Assembly (NCBI GenBank): GCA_030390025.1
Contig: CM059435.1
Coordinates: 25,544,001-25,608,000 of the forward strand
Direction: 5' to 3'
DNA length: 64,000 bases
Source: Squalus acanthias
Lineage: Eukaryota
Shown here: in pieces, positions 13,040-25,470 of the stretch
Layout of the letters: each line of letters starts with the position of its first letter
Position numbering within the stretch: the first letter of the stretch is position 1
Notes under the pieces: generated by a model
Told to the model about the DNA's origin: nothing
Seen by the model: the letters and a program-made list of their open reading frames with translations, nothing else
Databases searched by the model: none
Program-made: the position numbers and the translations under genes

Positions 13040-14430
13040 AAGTCGTGGATAAATCAACACTTACTTTAATCAGACATTGGAAGTCCGAAGCCATGGTTTT
13101 CGGTCCCTGCTATAAACTCTACTCCCTTGCCACTGATACCACCCTCCTATCTTATCACTTACTCAGCCTTAACCAGCAAAAGGTTGCCGTCCTATTCTAC
13201 TCACAGCTGAGCTTCAGATCCCATCCAGCAACCTCCATAAACTCCAACTTGTCCAAATCTCTGCTGCATATATCCTGTCTTGTAACAAAATCCACTTGCC
13301 CATTTCCCCTGTCTTTGCTGAACTACATTGGCTCCCCCTCCCAAATGTATTAAATTTATAATACTGGTCCTCATCTTTAAATCCCTCCATGGTCTCAACA
13401 GACCCTAGATCTGCAGACTCATCCAGCCTAATATGCCCTTCTGGACTCTGCAGTCCTCCGCCCTTTATGTACCCCCCTCCTTTTGCCTCACCATAGGCTA
13501 CTGAGCTTTCAGCCCTACTCTCTGTAACTCTCTCTCTAAACCCATTCACCTCCTCAGTTCGCTCTGCTTTTAAACTTTCTCAAAGCTCAATTTTTCGATC
13601 AAGCTTTTTAGTCAGCTATCCTGATCCCATTGTGATTGATTTTGTGATGAGACATTCACCTGGCATCAAATCCGGCACTGCATGGACCAATGGGGACCTA
13701 AAACTTGGAGACCTACACTTTGCACATGATATCTGCCTCATTAATAAAAATTTAGAAGAGATGCAAAAGAAGATAAATGAATTCACAGACACAGCTAGAA
13801 ATGTTGGGTTATATATTAGTTGTGTAAAACCCAGGTCATCAAAGTTAATGTTGACTCTGACAAAGAAATACACTTGGTAGGTGAAGCATTGCTACCCATG
13901 CATTTTTACATGAACTTAGGCAGTGTGTTGCAAAATGATGGAGATTGCATGTCAGATGTCAAAGCTCACATCAGAAAAGCTAACGTGATTAGAGAAAAAA
14001 CAGAGTTGAAAATTCTTAAGAGCAATGTGCTGGCTGTACTCCTATATGGATCAGATATGTGGCAGTCCAACAAAGCCATCCAAATAAAGCTCAACAGCAT
14101 CCAGTGTAGATGCCTGTGACAGCTCTGTAACATCCAATTATTTAACAAAGTGACGAATGAAAGTGTAATTCAGTGAACACAGATACCACCACTGCGTATA
14201 ACAGTCTGGAAAAGAAGGTGGACCTACATTGGTCATATTCTGAGAATGACTGACACGAGGATCCCTAAGCACATACGGAAATGGAAGTCACAAGAGAAAA
14301 GAGCTAGAGGTCGACCAAGAGGATCTCTACTCAATACAATAACAATGGCTCAGCATCCATTCCATTATTTTCTATAAAGCACCTTGGGATGCTTTTTATA
14401 TTATAGGTGCTATATAAACGTAAGTTGTTG
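13040..14430 (+). mobile_element. L2-type LINE 3' region interrupted by an RTE fragment
   Basis: L2 3' motifs (ctacattggctccc, tttaaatccctccatgg, caagctttt) at 13040-13620; tail taaagcaccttgggatg..gctatataaacgtaagttgttg at ~14374-14430. Confidence 0.65.
13630..14345 (+). mobile_element. RTE-clade LINE fragment (RT C-terminal half)
   Basis: VIDFVMR..LGDLHFAHDICLI (DFADD-like); KSNVLAVLLYGSDMW; W.YIGHILRM..RIPK..WK..KRARGRP; frameshifted. Confidence 0.8.
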
Positions 14431-14485
14431 TATGTATGAAGTTAATTATATTCAATGGAATAATGAACATTCTATTTAGTTTGAA

Positions 14486-14966
14486 GCTCAACATAAGCTC
14501 GAGGAACAGCACGTCATCTTTCTATTAGGCGCTTTACAGCCTTCCGGACTCAACATTGAGTTCAACAATTTCAGATCATAACCTCTGCCCTATTTTTTCG
14601 GATGGCAGCTGTTGCTGATGATTCTGATATTCCCATTTACACCTCCTCTCGACTCATCTTTTGTTTCTTTACTTGTCCAGTTACCATCTCCTTTCGCCTT
14701 ACATCATCATCCCTTTTGTCAGTTAATCTCTCCTGCCTTCCACCCTAACACAGACCTTCGCTTTTGTTCTTTCCTCCCCTCCCCCCTTTCCCTGCCTCTG
14801 TACTTGCTTAAAATATGTTACATCTCCAACTTTTTCCAGTTCTGATGAAAGGTCATCAACCTGAAACATTAACTCTCTCCACAGATGCTGCCTGACCTGC
14901 TGAGTATTTCCAGCATTTTCTGTTTTTATTTCAGATGTCCAGCATCTGCAGTATCTTGCTTTTGTG
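14486..14966 (+). mobile_element. 5'-truncated Penelope-like element (GIY-YIG C-terminus plus pseudo-LTR)
   Basis: Encodes AQHKLEEQHVIFLLGALQPSGLNIEFNNFRS*; 16-bp direct repeat TTCTATTTAGTTTGAA at 14470-14485 and 14967-14982. Confidence 0.8.
14836..14876 (+). ncRNA. Minimal type I hammerhead ribozyme motif in the Penelope pseudo-LTR
   Basis: CUGAUGA (14842-14848), stem II AGGU/ACCU, GAAAC (14863-14867), stem I AGUU/AACU; minimal hammerheads are an established feature of PLE pseudo-LTRs. Confidence 0.6.
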
Positions 14967-15019
14967 TTCTATTTAGTTTGAATGGAAACTGAATGTAGTG
15001 GCTGTTTAATATTTTCTTT

Positions 15020-15736
15020 GGGGGAGAAATTCATTATCGCCCCGTTTGGGGGCGGTAACCTTTGAAAGCTGGGAAACTCAGCGCCAAACACTACTGACTC
15101 CCAGCTTCCACGAAATTGGGTTTAGCACTCCACTTCCTTCCTGGAGCGCTAAAGGACGCAGGCAGGCATTGGTTGTGCAGCGCTGCACACTGGGCCGTGC
15201 AGCGCTGCCACGATCCGAGGCTCCTTCCCTCCCTTAAAGGGAAGGGCCATTGCTGCAGGCTCTGCATTGGGATCAGTTAGCTGGTCCCTGATGGCGGCCA
15301 CGATTCGACTCGATCAGCCCCATGCACTCCAGCAGAGTGCCAGGCTGATCGATCGTGGCCCAGGAGAAGCAAGAAAAAAATGACCAAAACCGTTTGAAAA
15401 ATTTAGGCACGTACCTTGGCAACCTCCCCTTTAACTTTCGCCCCCAAAGCGCCGGGCCTCCCGATCAATGCCTCCTGCAGCTGCCAGTGTTGTTGCCAGG
15501 GGGCAAAACCAAAAGTTCGGGTCCAGGGCGCAACCGGGACAATGCGCTCGACGATGACGTCACGATCTCCGGGCGAAGGAGATCGGGGCGCAGCGCCATA
15601 TCACCGCTGAAAACCTCCCGCCGAATTTAGCGGGAGGCGATATTCTCGCCGCGCCCGGGCGGTAAGTGATTAGCGCCCCGTTATCGCCCTCCCGGAGGCA
15701 ATAACGGGTGGCGCAAAGGTACCCAATTTCTCCCCC
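15020..15736. mobile_element. PIF/Harbinger-type MITE (same family as 9565-10443)
   Basis: TIRs GGGGGAGAAATT / AATTTCTCCCCC; shared internal palindrome cacgatctccgggcg..ggagatcg; flanks TTT/TTA. Confidence 0.85.
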
Positions 15737-16382
15737 TTATGTCATGTAAGCTGCTTCTCGTCTTTCCAGATGTAACAGGCTGCCACCTTGAGAACAAGGA
15801 TCAACAATTAAACTCAAAAAAAGCTACCACTTGTTGCCAGTGAGTTGAAGAGCAAGCATGAACATTGCTCTGGACTTGGCAGACACAAAATAATTGAATT
15901 TTTCACAAAAGATCGCCAACATTTTCTTTCAAATTTGTTGTCATACCATAACTGAGCTGCTATCATAGTAAAGTGTCTGAATACAGCAGTATTGGGCGAG
16001 TGTATGAGTCCTACCATTGATATCACACTGAAGTGTAATAAAATTGTCTAATATGATGGATTCATATTAAAACCCTCCTGTATGAATTATATGTATCCAT
16101 TTCTTAAAGAGAAAATCCCCATTAGAACCAATTTTAAAAATCAGTTTCAAAGAATTGTAAAATACACAGAAGAATGATCGACATTAGGGCTTAAATTTTT
16201 GTATTCTCAGCACATAACTTTGCATGGTGGAAGTGCATACAATGATTGTGGAGGTTAGCACACCCCTCACAATTTACTATTTATTCATTTCCCCTGATGG
16301 GTGCGTTGACCTTTATGCCTGAAGTCCCAATATGATTATCCCACGCATTCTTGCAATTTGTTAAGACTTTAGGGTAGATAAT

Positions 16383-18623
16383 TTAAGGGAAGAAATTTCA
16401 TTTAAGGAGTTATTTTACAACTTTCAAAAAATATATATTCCACTGAGGAAAAAAGGGTGTAAAAGAAATGACAGCCATCCGTGGCTAAGTAAAGAAATTA
16501 AGGATAGTATCCAACTAAAAACAAGGACATATAAGGTAGCCAAACTTAGTGGGAGGATAGAAGATTGGGAAGTCTTCAAAAGACAGCAAAAAGTAACTAA
16601 AGGATTGATTAAGAAAGGGAAGATAGATTATGAAAATAAATTAGCAAAAAATATAAAAACAGATAGCAAGAGTTTCTATAGTTATATAAAAAGAAAAAGG
16701 GTGGCTAAGGCAAACGTAGGTCCCTTAGAGGATGAGACCGGGAAATTAATGGTGGGAAACATGGAGATGGCAAAAATGCTGAACAAATATTTTGTTTCAG
16801 TCTTTACGGTAGAGGACACTAAGAATATCCCAACACTGGACAAACAGGGGGCTCTAGGGGGGGAGGAGCTAAATATGATTAAAATCACTAAGGAATTGGT
16901 ACTCAGTAAAATAATGGGACTCAAGGCGGATAAATCCCCTGGACCTGATGGCTTACATCCTAGGGTCTTGAGGGAAGTGGCAATAGGGATTGTGGATGCT
17001 TTGGTAATAATTTTCCAAAATTCCCTGGAATCAGCAAAGGTCCCGGCAGATTGGAAAACTGCTAATGTAACACCCTTATTTAAAAAGGGTAGTAGGCAGA
17101 AAGCTGGAAATTATAGACCAGTTAGTCTAACATCTGTGGTGGGTAAAATTTTGGAGTCTATTATTAAGGAGACAGTAACGGAACATTTAGATAAACATAA
17201 TTTGATATGACAAAGTCAGCATGGCTTTATGAAGGGGAAATCATGTCTGACAAATTTGCTTGAGTTCTTTGAGGACATAACGTACAGGGTGGATAAAGGG
17301 GAACCAATGGACGTAGTGTATTTAGACTTCCAGAAGGCATTCGACAAGGTGCCACATAAAAGATTATTGCTCAAGATAAAAAATCAGTGGATTGGGGGTA
17401 ATATTCTGGCATGGGTGGAGGATTGGTTATCTAACAGGAAGCAGAGAGTTGGGATAAATGGTTCATTCTCGGACTGGCAACCAGTAGCCAGTGGTGTTCC
17501 GCAGGGGTCGGTGCTGGGTCCCCAACTCTTTACAATCTATATTAACGATTTGGAGGAGGGGACCGAGTGTAACATATCAAAGTTTGCAGATGATACAAAG
17601 ATGGGAGGGAAAGTAGAAAGTGAGGAGGACATAAAAAACCTACAAGGGGATATAGACAAGCTGGGTGAGTGGGCAGAGATTTGGCAGATGCAATACAATA
17701 TTGGAAAATGTGAGGTTATGCACTTTGGCAGGAAAAATCAGAGAGCAAGTTATTATCTTAATGGCGAGAAACTGGAAAGTACTGCAGTACAAAGGGATCT
17801 GGGGGTCCTAGTGCAAGAAAATCAAAAAGTTAGTATGCAGGTGCAGCAGGTGATCAAGAAGGCCAACGGAATGTTGGCTTTTATTGCTAGGGGGATAGAT
17901 TATAAAAACAGGGAGGTATTGCTGCAGTTATATAAGGTATTGGTGAGACCGCATCTGGAATACTGCATACAGTTTTGGTGTCCATACTTGAGAAAAGACA
18001 TACTTGCTCTCGAGGCAGTACAAAGAAGGTTCACTCGGTTAATCCCCGGGATGAGGGGGTGGACATACGAGGAGAGGTTGAGTAGATTGGGACTCTACTC
18101 ATTGGAGTTCAGAAGAATGAGAGGCGATCTTATTGAAACATATAAGATTGTGAAGGGGCTTGATCGGGTGGATGCGGTAAGGATGTTCCCAAGGATGGGT
18201 GAAACTAGAACTAGGGGGCATAATCTTAGAATAAGGGGCTGCTCTTTCAAAACTGAGATGAGGAGAAACTTCTTCACTCAGAGGGTAGTAGGTCTGTGGA
18301 ATTTGCTGCCCCAGGAAGCTGTGGAAGCTACATCATTAAATAAATTTAAAACAGAAATAGACAGTTTCCTAGAAGTAAAGGGAATTAGGGGTTACGGGGA
18401 GCGGGCAGGAAATTGGACATGAGGCCGAGTTCGGATCGGTCAGGGCCCTATGGGTGGCGGAGCGGGCCCAGGGGCTGAGTGGCCGGGTCCTGCTCCTACT
18501 TCTTGTGTTCTTTAGATTTGAGGTGAGGATCAGATCAGCCATGATCTTATTGAATGGCGGAGCAGGCTCGAAGGGCCGATTGGCCTACTCCTGCTCCTAT
18601 TTCTTATGTTCTTATGTTCTTAT
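16383..18623 (+). mobile_element. Young 5'-truncated CR1 LINE (HER1-like); ORF2 reverse transcriptase with one nonsense codon
   Basis: Same-frame ORFs 16605-17210 and 17229-18422 separated by TGA (I*QSQHGF); motifs KSPGPDG, NYRPVSLTS, LDFQKAFDKV, GVPQGSVLGP, KFADD, VRPHLEYC; (TTCTTATG)n tail. Confidence 0.95.
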
Positions 18624-19080
18624 AATCTGGCGGCACTATTGTGCTACCAGAAGTGTGTCAGGTAGAACTTGCGCCCACCACTTTGTTCCTGCCATGACCC
18701 CGTCCCAAATCCCACTTGCTGTCCAGAACAGTACCTATGCCTGCTTTCTGCCTGCGTATGTACCGCTGGCCCTTACCACAGCATGTCTGGTGGGATTCCT
18801 GGTGTGCCTAGGAGCGCCTCAAAACTGAAATCAGAACGGAGGCAGGCAAGCAGAATTTGTTGTGGCAGCATCGATGGGGCAGAAACCCAATAGAGACAGG
18901 TTTCACCTGAAGTTCCGGCCCAAGAAGGAGTGGGAGTTACGAGCTTTTCAATATTTCTGTTTAAACAGTGAAAGCTGATGATGTCATCATGGTTTGACCC
19001 TGTTGCTAAGCTTGAGAGTTTGAAGGAGCTGAATTAGCACGCACATTCAATGCTGGATCATCCCTGGATTTAAGACTGCG

Positions 19081-19684
19081 GGGGTGATTTTCATCTCACT
19101 GCTGCCTCGATTTTCAGCATTAATAGGACGGTAGCAGGATGAAAATGTTAAAACTAAATCTCCTGCTGTAATATGTCCCGAGGCCTTCCCAACTCGATTT
19201 TCAAGCAGTCCTCATAATGGGCGGCCAGCGTTCGAAACCGCCATCGGGCTCCTATGTCAGTTGTAGGACCAGAACGCAATTTTCAGGTACCAATGGGTGG
19301 AGCACTGCATGTAGAATGGCCGAATCAGCAGTCCGTAAGGGGACTACTGCAGGTCACTCCAAAAACAAAGTATTAATAAAAGTGCCTGTACGGCCAGGTG
19401 GAGCATGAATGCATCTCTTGGCCCCAAAAGATCTTCCCTCCCAGGATTGCCTCCCCCCCCTTAATGTTTACCTTGCCCAGAGCAGACACCGGATTTCCCG
19501 TTGCCCCCCACCCCACTCCCAATCAGCGAGCTACTGTCAGCGTTCCTTGAGCACTGGCAGCTCACTGATCCAATTCAAATAAGCCCTGGCCATGAAAAAG
19601 GTTAGGACCTCCCGCTAGTACGACCAGGTGCGATCGCTCCTCCAACCACTCGCCCGATGTACACTACAATTGAAAATCAGGCCC
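19081..19684. mobile_element. Harbinger-like MITE, degenerate
   Basis: Ends ggggtgattttca / tgaaaatcaggccc; GC-rich interior. Confidence 0.55.
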
Positions 19685-20449
19685 TGGGTCTCTACTACTG
19701 ACAATTTATCCCCTTATAGCCTAGGTGATGTCAGCACTTAAATTTAAACAAAAAAAAATTGAAAAACAGAAGATAAAAATGCTAATCCAAAACAGATCTT
19801 TGTACTTCTTGGATCCATAAAGGGAATTCTGATTTTAAGATTTCTTGTTTAAGTGATAATACAGCTATGTAGAAAGGTTTTTTACCGTGGCAGCTTGCAG
19901 TAATTTATCACCTTTTACTGTGTCCACAGTTTATTTTGAAGCTGCTAACTTGGAGAAGCTTTTTTGTTAACAGGTTGTGATTTCAAAAGAAATGAGTTGA
20001 TCTGTACAATTTAATGTAAGAACGTGCACGAACTGTCCCACTTAAACTGGCAAAGTGACTATTCTTATTAAGTATTCAGTTTTTGTTTAAAGGTAGCCCA
20101 ACATGTCTCTATTCATTTCTGTCAAAACCTGTTGTGCTAAGTGTACAATAATAATAGTAATTTTATGTAAAGTGTGTAGTTTTGCAATCCATTATTTCCC
20201 TGCTATATTGGACTAGCATCCAGCTAACACAAATGTAATGCTAACTAATAAGTAGTAGGAACAACTGAGGAAAATCAGTTATATTGTACTCTAACAAGAG
20301 CACATTGTAGTTCGTACATCAGTGTTTGAGGGATAGAGAAATGGTACAGTGTATCACAGAAACTGCTTCACAGGCCCAGTTTTGGGACATATTTTTCCTT
20401 TGATGGCTGTTTTTTAATGAAAGGTTAGGCACAAGTATAAGGCATTAAT

Positions 20450-20715
20450 TTTTTTTTGTTTATTCTCGGGGTGTAAATGACACTGGTAAAGCCACCTCTA
20501 TTGCCCATCCTTAGTTGCCCTGAGAAGGTCGCGGATGCTCTTCCAGAACTGCTTGTGATGATGATCCCACAATGGTGTTATGTAGAAAATTCCAGGATTT
20601 TGATCCAGTGACAATAAATGAATGGTGGTATATGTTCAAGTCAGGGTGGTGTGTGACTTGGATGGGAACTTGCAGATGAGGACATTCACATGATGGTAAT
20701 GCTCTTGTTCTTCTC
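20450..20715 (-). mobile_element. 3' fragment of the LINE family at 3035-4890
   Basis: Shares attgcccatcc.tagtt..gagaaggt and ccaggattttga..cag.gacaat with 3035-3300. Confidence 0.75.
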
Positions 20716-21024
20716 ATCAGCCCTACAACCCCCCCAAGATCTCTCCACTCCTCCAATTCTGGCCTCTTGCACATTCTTGATTTTAATCACTCCACCATTG
20801 GCGGCCGTGCCATCAGCTGTCTAGGCCCTAAGCTCTGGAATTCCCTCCTTAAGCCTCTCTACCTCTCTCTTCTCCTTTAAGACATTCCTTAAAACCTACC
20901 TCTCACCTGTCCTAATATCTCCTTAGGTGACTCGGTGTCAAATTTTGTTTGATAACGCTCCTGTGAAGCGCCTTGGGACATTTTACTCCGTTAAAGACGC
21001 TATATAAATGCAAGTTGTTGTTGT
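20716..21024 (+). mobile_element. L2-type LINE 3' end
   Basis: cagccctacaaccc..ccattggcggccgtgcc..aagctctggaattccctcc..ctcctgtgaagcgccttggg..(gtt)n tail. Confidence 0.8.
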
Positions 21025-21029
21025 CAATT

Positions 21030-21425
21030 GTAGAAATGCATAGAAGTTACAACTCAAAAACAGTCCATGTCAGCAATTACCCCTCATTCACACAAATAGT
21101 TTGAATCACATTTACCCACACCTTTCCCATATCCCTTCAACCCCTTTTCCTTCATGCACCTATCCAATCTAATCTTGAATGTTGACATCGGTTCTCCTCA
21201 ACCACTAAACCTGGAATGAATTGCGCAGTTTCACAACTCTTTGTGTAAAAATGTTTCCCCTGCCCTCTGTTCTAAATCTCTTACAATTAATCTTGTATCT
21301 CTGCACCCTCATTTTTGATCACTCAACTACTGGAAACAGTCTGCTTCTATTTACCCTGTCCCATCTGTTATAATTTTAAACACTTCTATCACATCGCCCC
21401 GTAATGTGTATTGTTCCAATGAAAA
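21030..21425 (-). mobile_element. Old CR1 3' fragment
   Basis: Reverse complement resembles the 3' end of the CR1 ORF2 at ~18100-18420 (ttttacacaaagag, aagggatatggg). Confidence 0.6.
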
Positions 21426-21526
21426 CATTTGTTGAGAAAGTAAGTTTGACAAGCTGCTTCAGTGCTTCCTCAGATAGTATATATTTTGCTCACTGCTTTG
21501 GGCTGGATGTTGTTCAGCGTCTCTTT

Positions 21527-23257
21527 GGCCGGAATTTTCCAGGGTGGTAGCGGGCGCGATCAGTGGTGGATCGGGTGGGAAAGTTGTTACTTTTGACAGG
21601 GGGTCGGGAACCCACTGTCAACCCGCTCCCATGCGCCTTTCCCCCAGGCAAAGCCGACCCGGCCAGCAGTGGCGGGCAGCCCAATTGAAATCATTATCAG
21701 GTAGTTTACAGGCACTTAAGAGCCTTTTTCCCCCTACATTTTAAATCTCCCTGCATGGCCACGGTAACCACGCTGCTCAGGAACCACGCCTGTCAACCTG
21801 AGGCGGAAGTTCCATGGCCATTGCTCCAGCTGATTACTTGACAGCATCAAATGTACTATAAAACCTCCCACCTGACAGATGATCACTTTCCTCAGGCAGA
21901 AGCTGTTGCTCAGTCCATTTCCAGCTCAGATTCTGCAGGCTGCAAGTCTTTCCAGCAGAGTCTCCATCCAGTCTCACCTCATTGGAAGAACTCTCTCACC
22001 ATTGACAGAATGCTCCTGTCATCTGTACTTTACCTGCCATCTATTCCATCAACATGAGTGCTGTTTATACTGTCTCACCTTGGTCCTCAGAATTGGACCA
22101 CGATGAGCCCCAACACCAGCAGCACCAACAACAACACCAACCTTCTCCGCAATCACCTGATGCTGCACAGGACAGAGGGCATCAGCACCCGTCCACATTG
22201 CTGCCCGGGAGGCCAGAGATGGCCTCACCATGGCCAGATTTAGTTAACTTTACGCTGTACACCCATATGGCTGCCACATGATGCGCCAGGTTGGCACCAC
22301 TCCACACCAACGCCATAAAACATCCCTACAATGACCAAGCCATTTATTTCACACTCATCACCATTGCGGGAGGAAGCGTTATGTCTCACCATTCACTGCA
22401 ACTCACTAAGCAACTTCCAAAGGTGCACACAAATCTGTCCAAGACCGGAAAGTGTTGAAAATAAAGATTTTTATGTTCGACACCACATTAACAGAACCTT
22501 TACATAAACATTGGATAAAACACCCAAGTGGCTACCCTTGTGTGTTGTTAGTTGGTATGATTGGACTAGGATGAGGGTGAGTGTGAGGGGTGGCTAGTGA
22601 GATAGGGATGTGATAATGTAGATAGCGAGGGATGGGTGGAGGTGCAAGGTAAGTTGGTGTGCAGGGGTTGGGTTGGGAAGGCAGAGTGATGGGGATGTGA
22701 TGAGAGGCACAGCAGGATGAAGGTGAGTGTGGCTTTGTACTATCATTTCCTGATCTAATGAGATCATTGAAATGTTTGCGGCACTGCACCCAGGTCCTCC
22801 TGAACACATCCCTGCTTGTGACCTCCTCTGCAATCTGCAACCAGGTTGTTTTGGACTCCTGGGGAGGTCTCTTCCACCCATCGGAAGGGAAGAGGACCTC
22901 CCTGCGTGCTCTGACTCCCTCCATAAGCATATGGAGGGAGTCATCGGAGAACCTGGGTGCAGCCCTCTGCCTCTGTGCAGTCATTGTCAGTGTTTGCAGC
23001 ACTCCAATGCTGTAGTGCACTGACTGCACTATGTTAGATTAAACATCAAATGTAATGTGGCCATGGTCCCTTTAAAGATCCCGGCTGAAAATGCGTCATG
23101 AATGACATCACCAAACCCGCTCCATTTAATTGGGCCAGGTAATGCGCTGGGCGGGCTTAATAGGCCTCATTAAGGTAAGTTCATTTTCAGCAGCGGGATG
23201 GAGCCAGCAGCAGGGTGTGCCCACACCGGACCCGCCGAGGTAGGCAAAATTCTGGCC
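21527..23257 (-). mobile_element. Internally deleted Harbinger transposon retaining the Myb/SANT-like ORF (copy 1)
   Basis: TIRs GGCCGGAATTTTCC / GGCAAAATTCTGGCC; ORF 22532-23029 RAAPRFSDDSLHMLMEGV..W.QIAEEV..RTWVQCRKHFNDL; no DDE core. Confidence 0.85.
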
Positions 23258-23726
23258 TTAGTGTTTCCATTTATATTCTGTGTTTACACTTAAAACAGCA
23301 AGCAGCGCAAAATTACCCCATTGAAAAATGTAATGAAAATCTGAATCGGAAAAGAGTGCAGTAGTATTATTTCAGTTTACACTATTATCAGCATATGGGA
23401 ACTTGATTCTTTAGTGAGCAAGCCTCAACTTGACCCATATTAAGCAAATCTAGAATACTGAGAAGTGGCCATCATATTTTGTCACACACATCTGTGCCAT
23501 GCTTAATAACAGGGAGGTATTAAACAGAAGAGAAAGCCAATCATTGCCTGATAGGTTCAGAGAAACTTACCCAGCAACAGAAAATACCCTCTAATTGACC
23601 TCAGGATATACCTATTTACAGCAATTAGGCTAGCGATATGGTAGATTAAGTACAATTCCACTTTAGTAACAGAATAATAATTTGTGCATTACATGGTGTT
23701 ATGCTCCTGCTCTAATAAAATACCAT

Positions 23727-24275
23727 GGCCTAGAAATTGGATCTGAAGGGCATGCGGCATGCGTGAGTTCATTTCGCGCCAGGTATGGGCCACACGCCAT
23801 ATTTGTTAAAGCACCCTGTAGCCATCCAGGGCGCCTGCTTCAAGTCCATTGCCTATGCAAATCTGGGGCCTAACGCCTATTTCAAGCCCCTTTCTGATAT
23901 TGGATCGCGATTGGCCGCAGCATGCGGTGTGCATGCTGCAGTCAGTTTTCTCAGGTGAACAGCAACCAAACCAGTGGTTTTAAAAAATGTACTTACCTGA
24001 CTGTGGAGCCAGAAGGAGTAGGAGTGCACTGTCCGCATCGCTCGCTCTCTCCTGATCTCCTGCCCCACCCTACAGATTCACGGTAGGTCTGATGCCGGTG
24101 TCCCCGCTGGCTGATCTTCGTCTTCTTCTCAACCAGCGCTCTGCTTCTTGGGGCACGACTGGTGTCCCCAGTAAGCCAGTTGCATCACGGTCCTCTTGCT
24201 CCTCAGTCTTGGTGCACAGTTTGTGTTTGCCACTGAGTTTGCTCCTGAAGTCAGATGCAAAACAATTTCTAGGCC
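23727..24275. mobile_element. PIF/Harbinger-type MITE
   Basis: Perfect 13-bp TIR GGCCTAGAAATTG; TSD CAT. Confidence 0.85.
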
Positions 24276-24402
24276 CATAGCCTCAGGCTTACTGTGAGCA
24301 CCACCATGGGACATCTATTGGTAGAAGTAAAAAAGTTAGTGGTGCCAATGACACAGCATTTGGCTTGCTTTGCTGTATTTATAGTATAAAAAGAGAGTAC
24401 TA

Positions 24403-24755
24403 AGGGAGTGCAGCATGGCCAGCGGTCCTTTCAAATGAGATGTTAAGCCAAGCCCCCATCTCCCTGTTCAGGTAGATGTTAAAGATCTCATGGCACTATT
24501 TGAAGAAGAGTAAGGACTTCTTCTTGTATCCTATCCATCATTCTTTCCTCAACCAACATCACCATCAAAGAAATAGATGAACTGGTTTTTCATCTCATAG
24601 CTGTTAGTGGCATTTTGTGTGCAAGATAGTTGTTGCACTCACATAGCAACAGTGATAGCAATTTAAAGTAATTCATTGGATATGAAGCACCTTAGAACAT
24701 TGTGAGTGATGTAATAAGGCGCTATGGTAATGCCGAGTTCATTTTCTTTCTTTCT
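24403..24755 (+). mobile_element. DeuSINE (SacSINE1/AmnSINE-like), old copy lacking its head
   Basis: Deu-domain-like tcctttcaaatgagatgttaagcc..aaagatctcatggcactatttgaagaagag; tail aaggcgctat..(tttc)n. Confidence 0.75.
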
Positions 24756-25084
24756 TGAACAGAAAGACATCCAGTCATAATAACTATCAGATAAATATAT
24801 ACAGAAGAAACATGGTTTGTAGTACTCTGTACCAAAAGCTCTAGTAAGTTATTACCTTAGAATTTTTTTTGCCTTTTTGTGTCACTGATCGGGTTCTCAG
24901 AGGGCATGGCTATGTGTGCCAGGTATTTTTTCTGGTCTGTCTTATCTTGTGCTCATGAGGTGTTTCTTTATTATTGTCTTAAGTTATCTATGTGTATTGG
25001 CATTACTCTATGATTTCAATCTGTGAGCTCCTTCCAGAAATGTGGAAACTGATCTACAAAAATAAAATTTGCAATAAAAATAAA

Positions 25085-25470
25085 GGTGCAGTGGGCTAGA
25101 TGCTGACCTTTTATCTCTGGGACATAGATTAAAATCCAGCCCCAGCTGATGTGGTGAAAGTCTTCTCAGTCTGCTAGCTGCAGATGTCTCATATGAGATG
25201 AGTTTGGCCAGTCTTAATCCAGTTCCTAGTGGGCATGCACATACAGTATAAGACTGTCCCTAATTCAGCACCAATTGTCGATCTCATTCAAAGAGCCCAC
25301 AGAATGGACTGGTGTGGGAAATGGTAAAATAGCGTGTGCTCTTTAGAGACTGAGGAATATTGTTGGGGCAGAGTAGAGAGAGCTTTACTCTACATCTGGC
25401 TGTGCTGTACCTGACCTGGGAGGGCTTGAGAACTAACATCCTTCACCTTAATGATCCTAAAAATAAACAT
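25085..25470 (+). mobile_element. LF-SINE-like element
   Basis: Blocks matching the recalled LF-SINE consensus in order: ccttttatctctgg..aaatccagccc, tgagatgagtttg..tccagttcctagtgg, gtgctgtacctg. Confidence 0.7.

Noticed and set aside
16605-18422. Host or retron-type reverse transcriptase gene
   Set aside because: Typical CR1 ORF2 motifs, 5' truncation, internal stop and microsatellite tail identify a LINE copy
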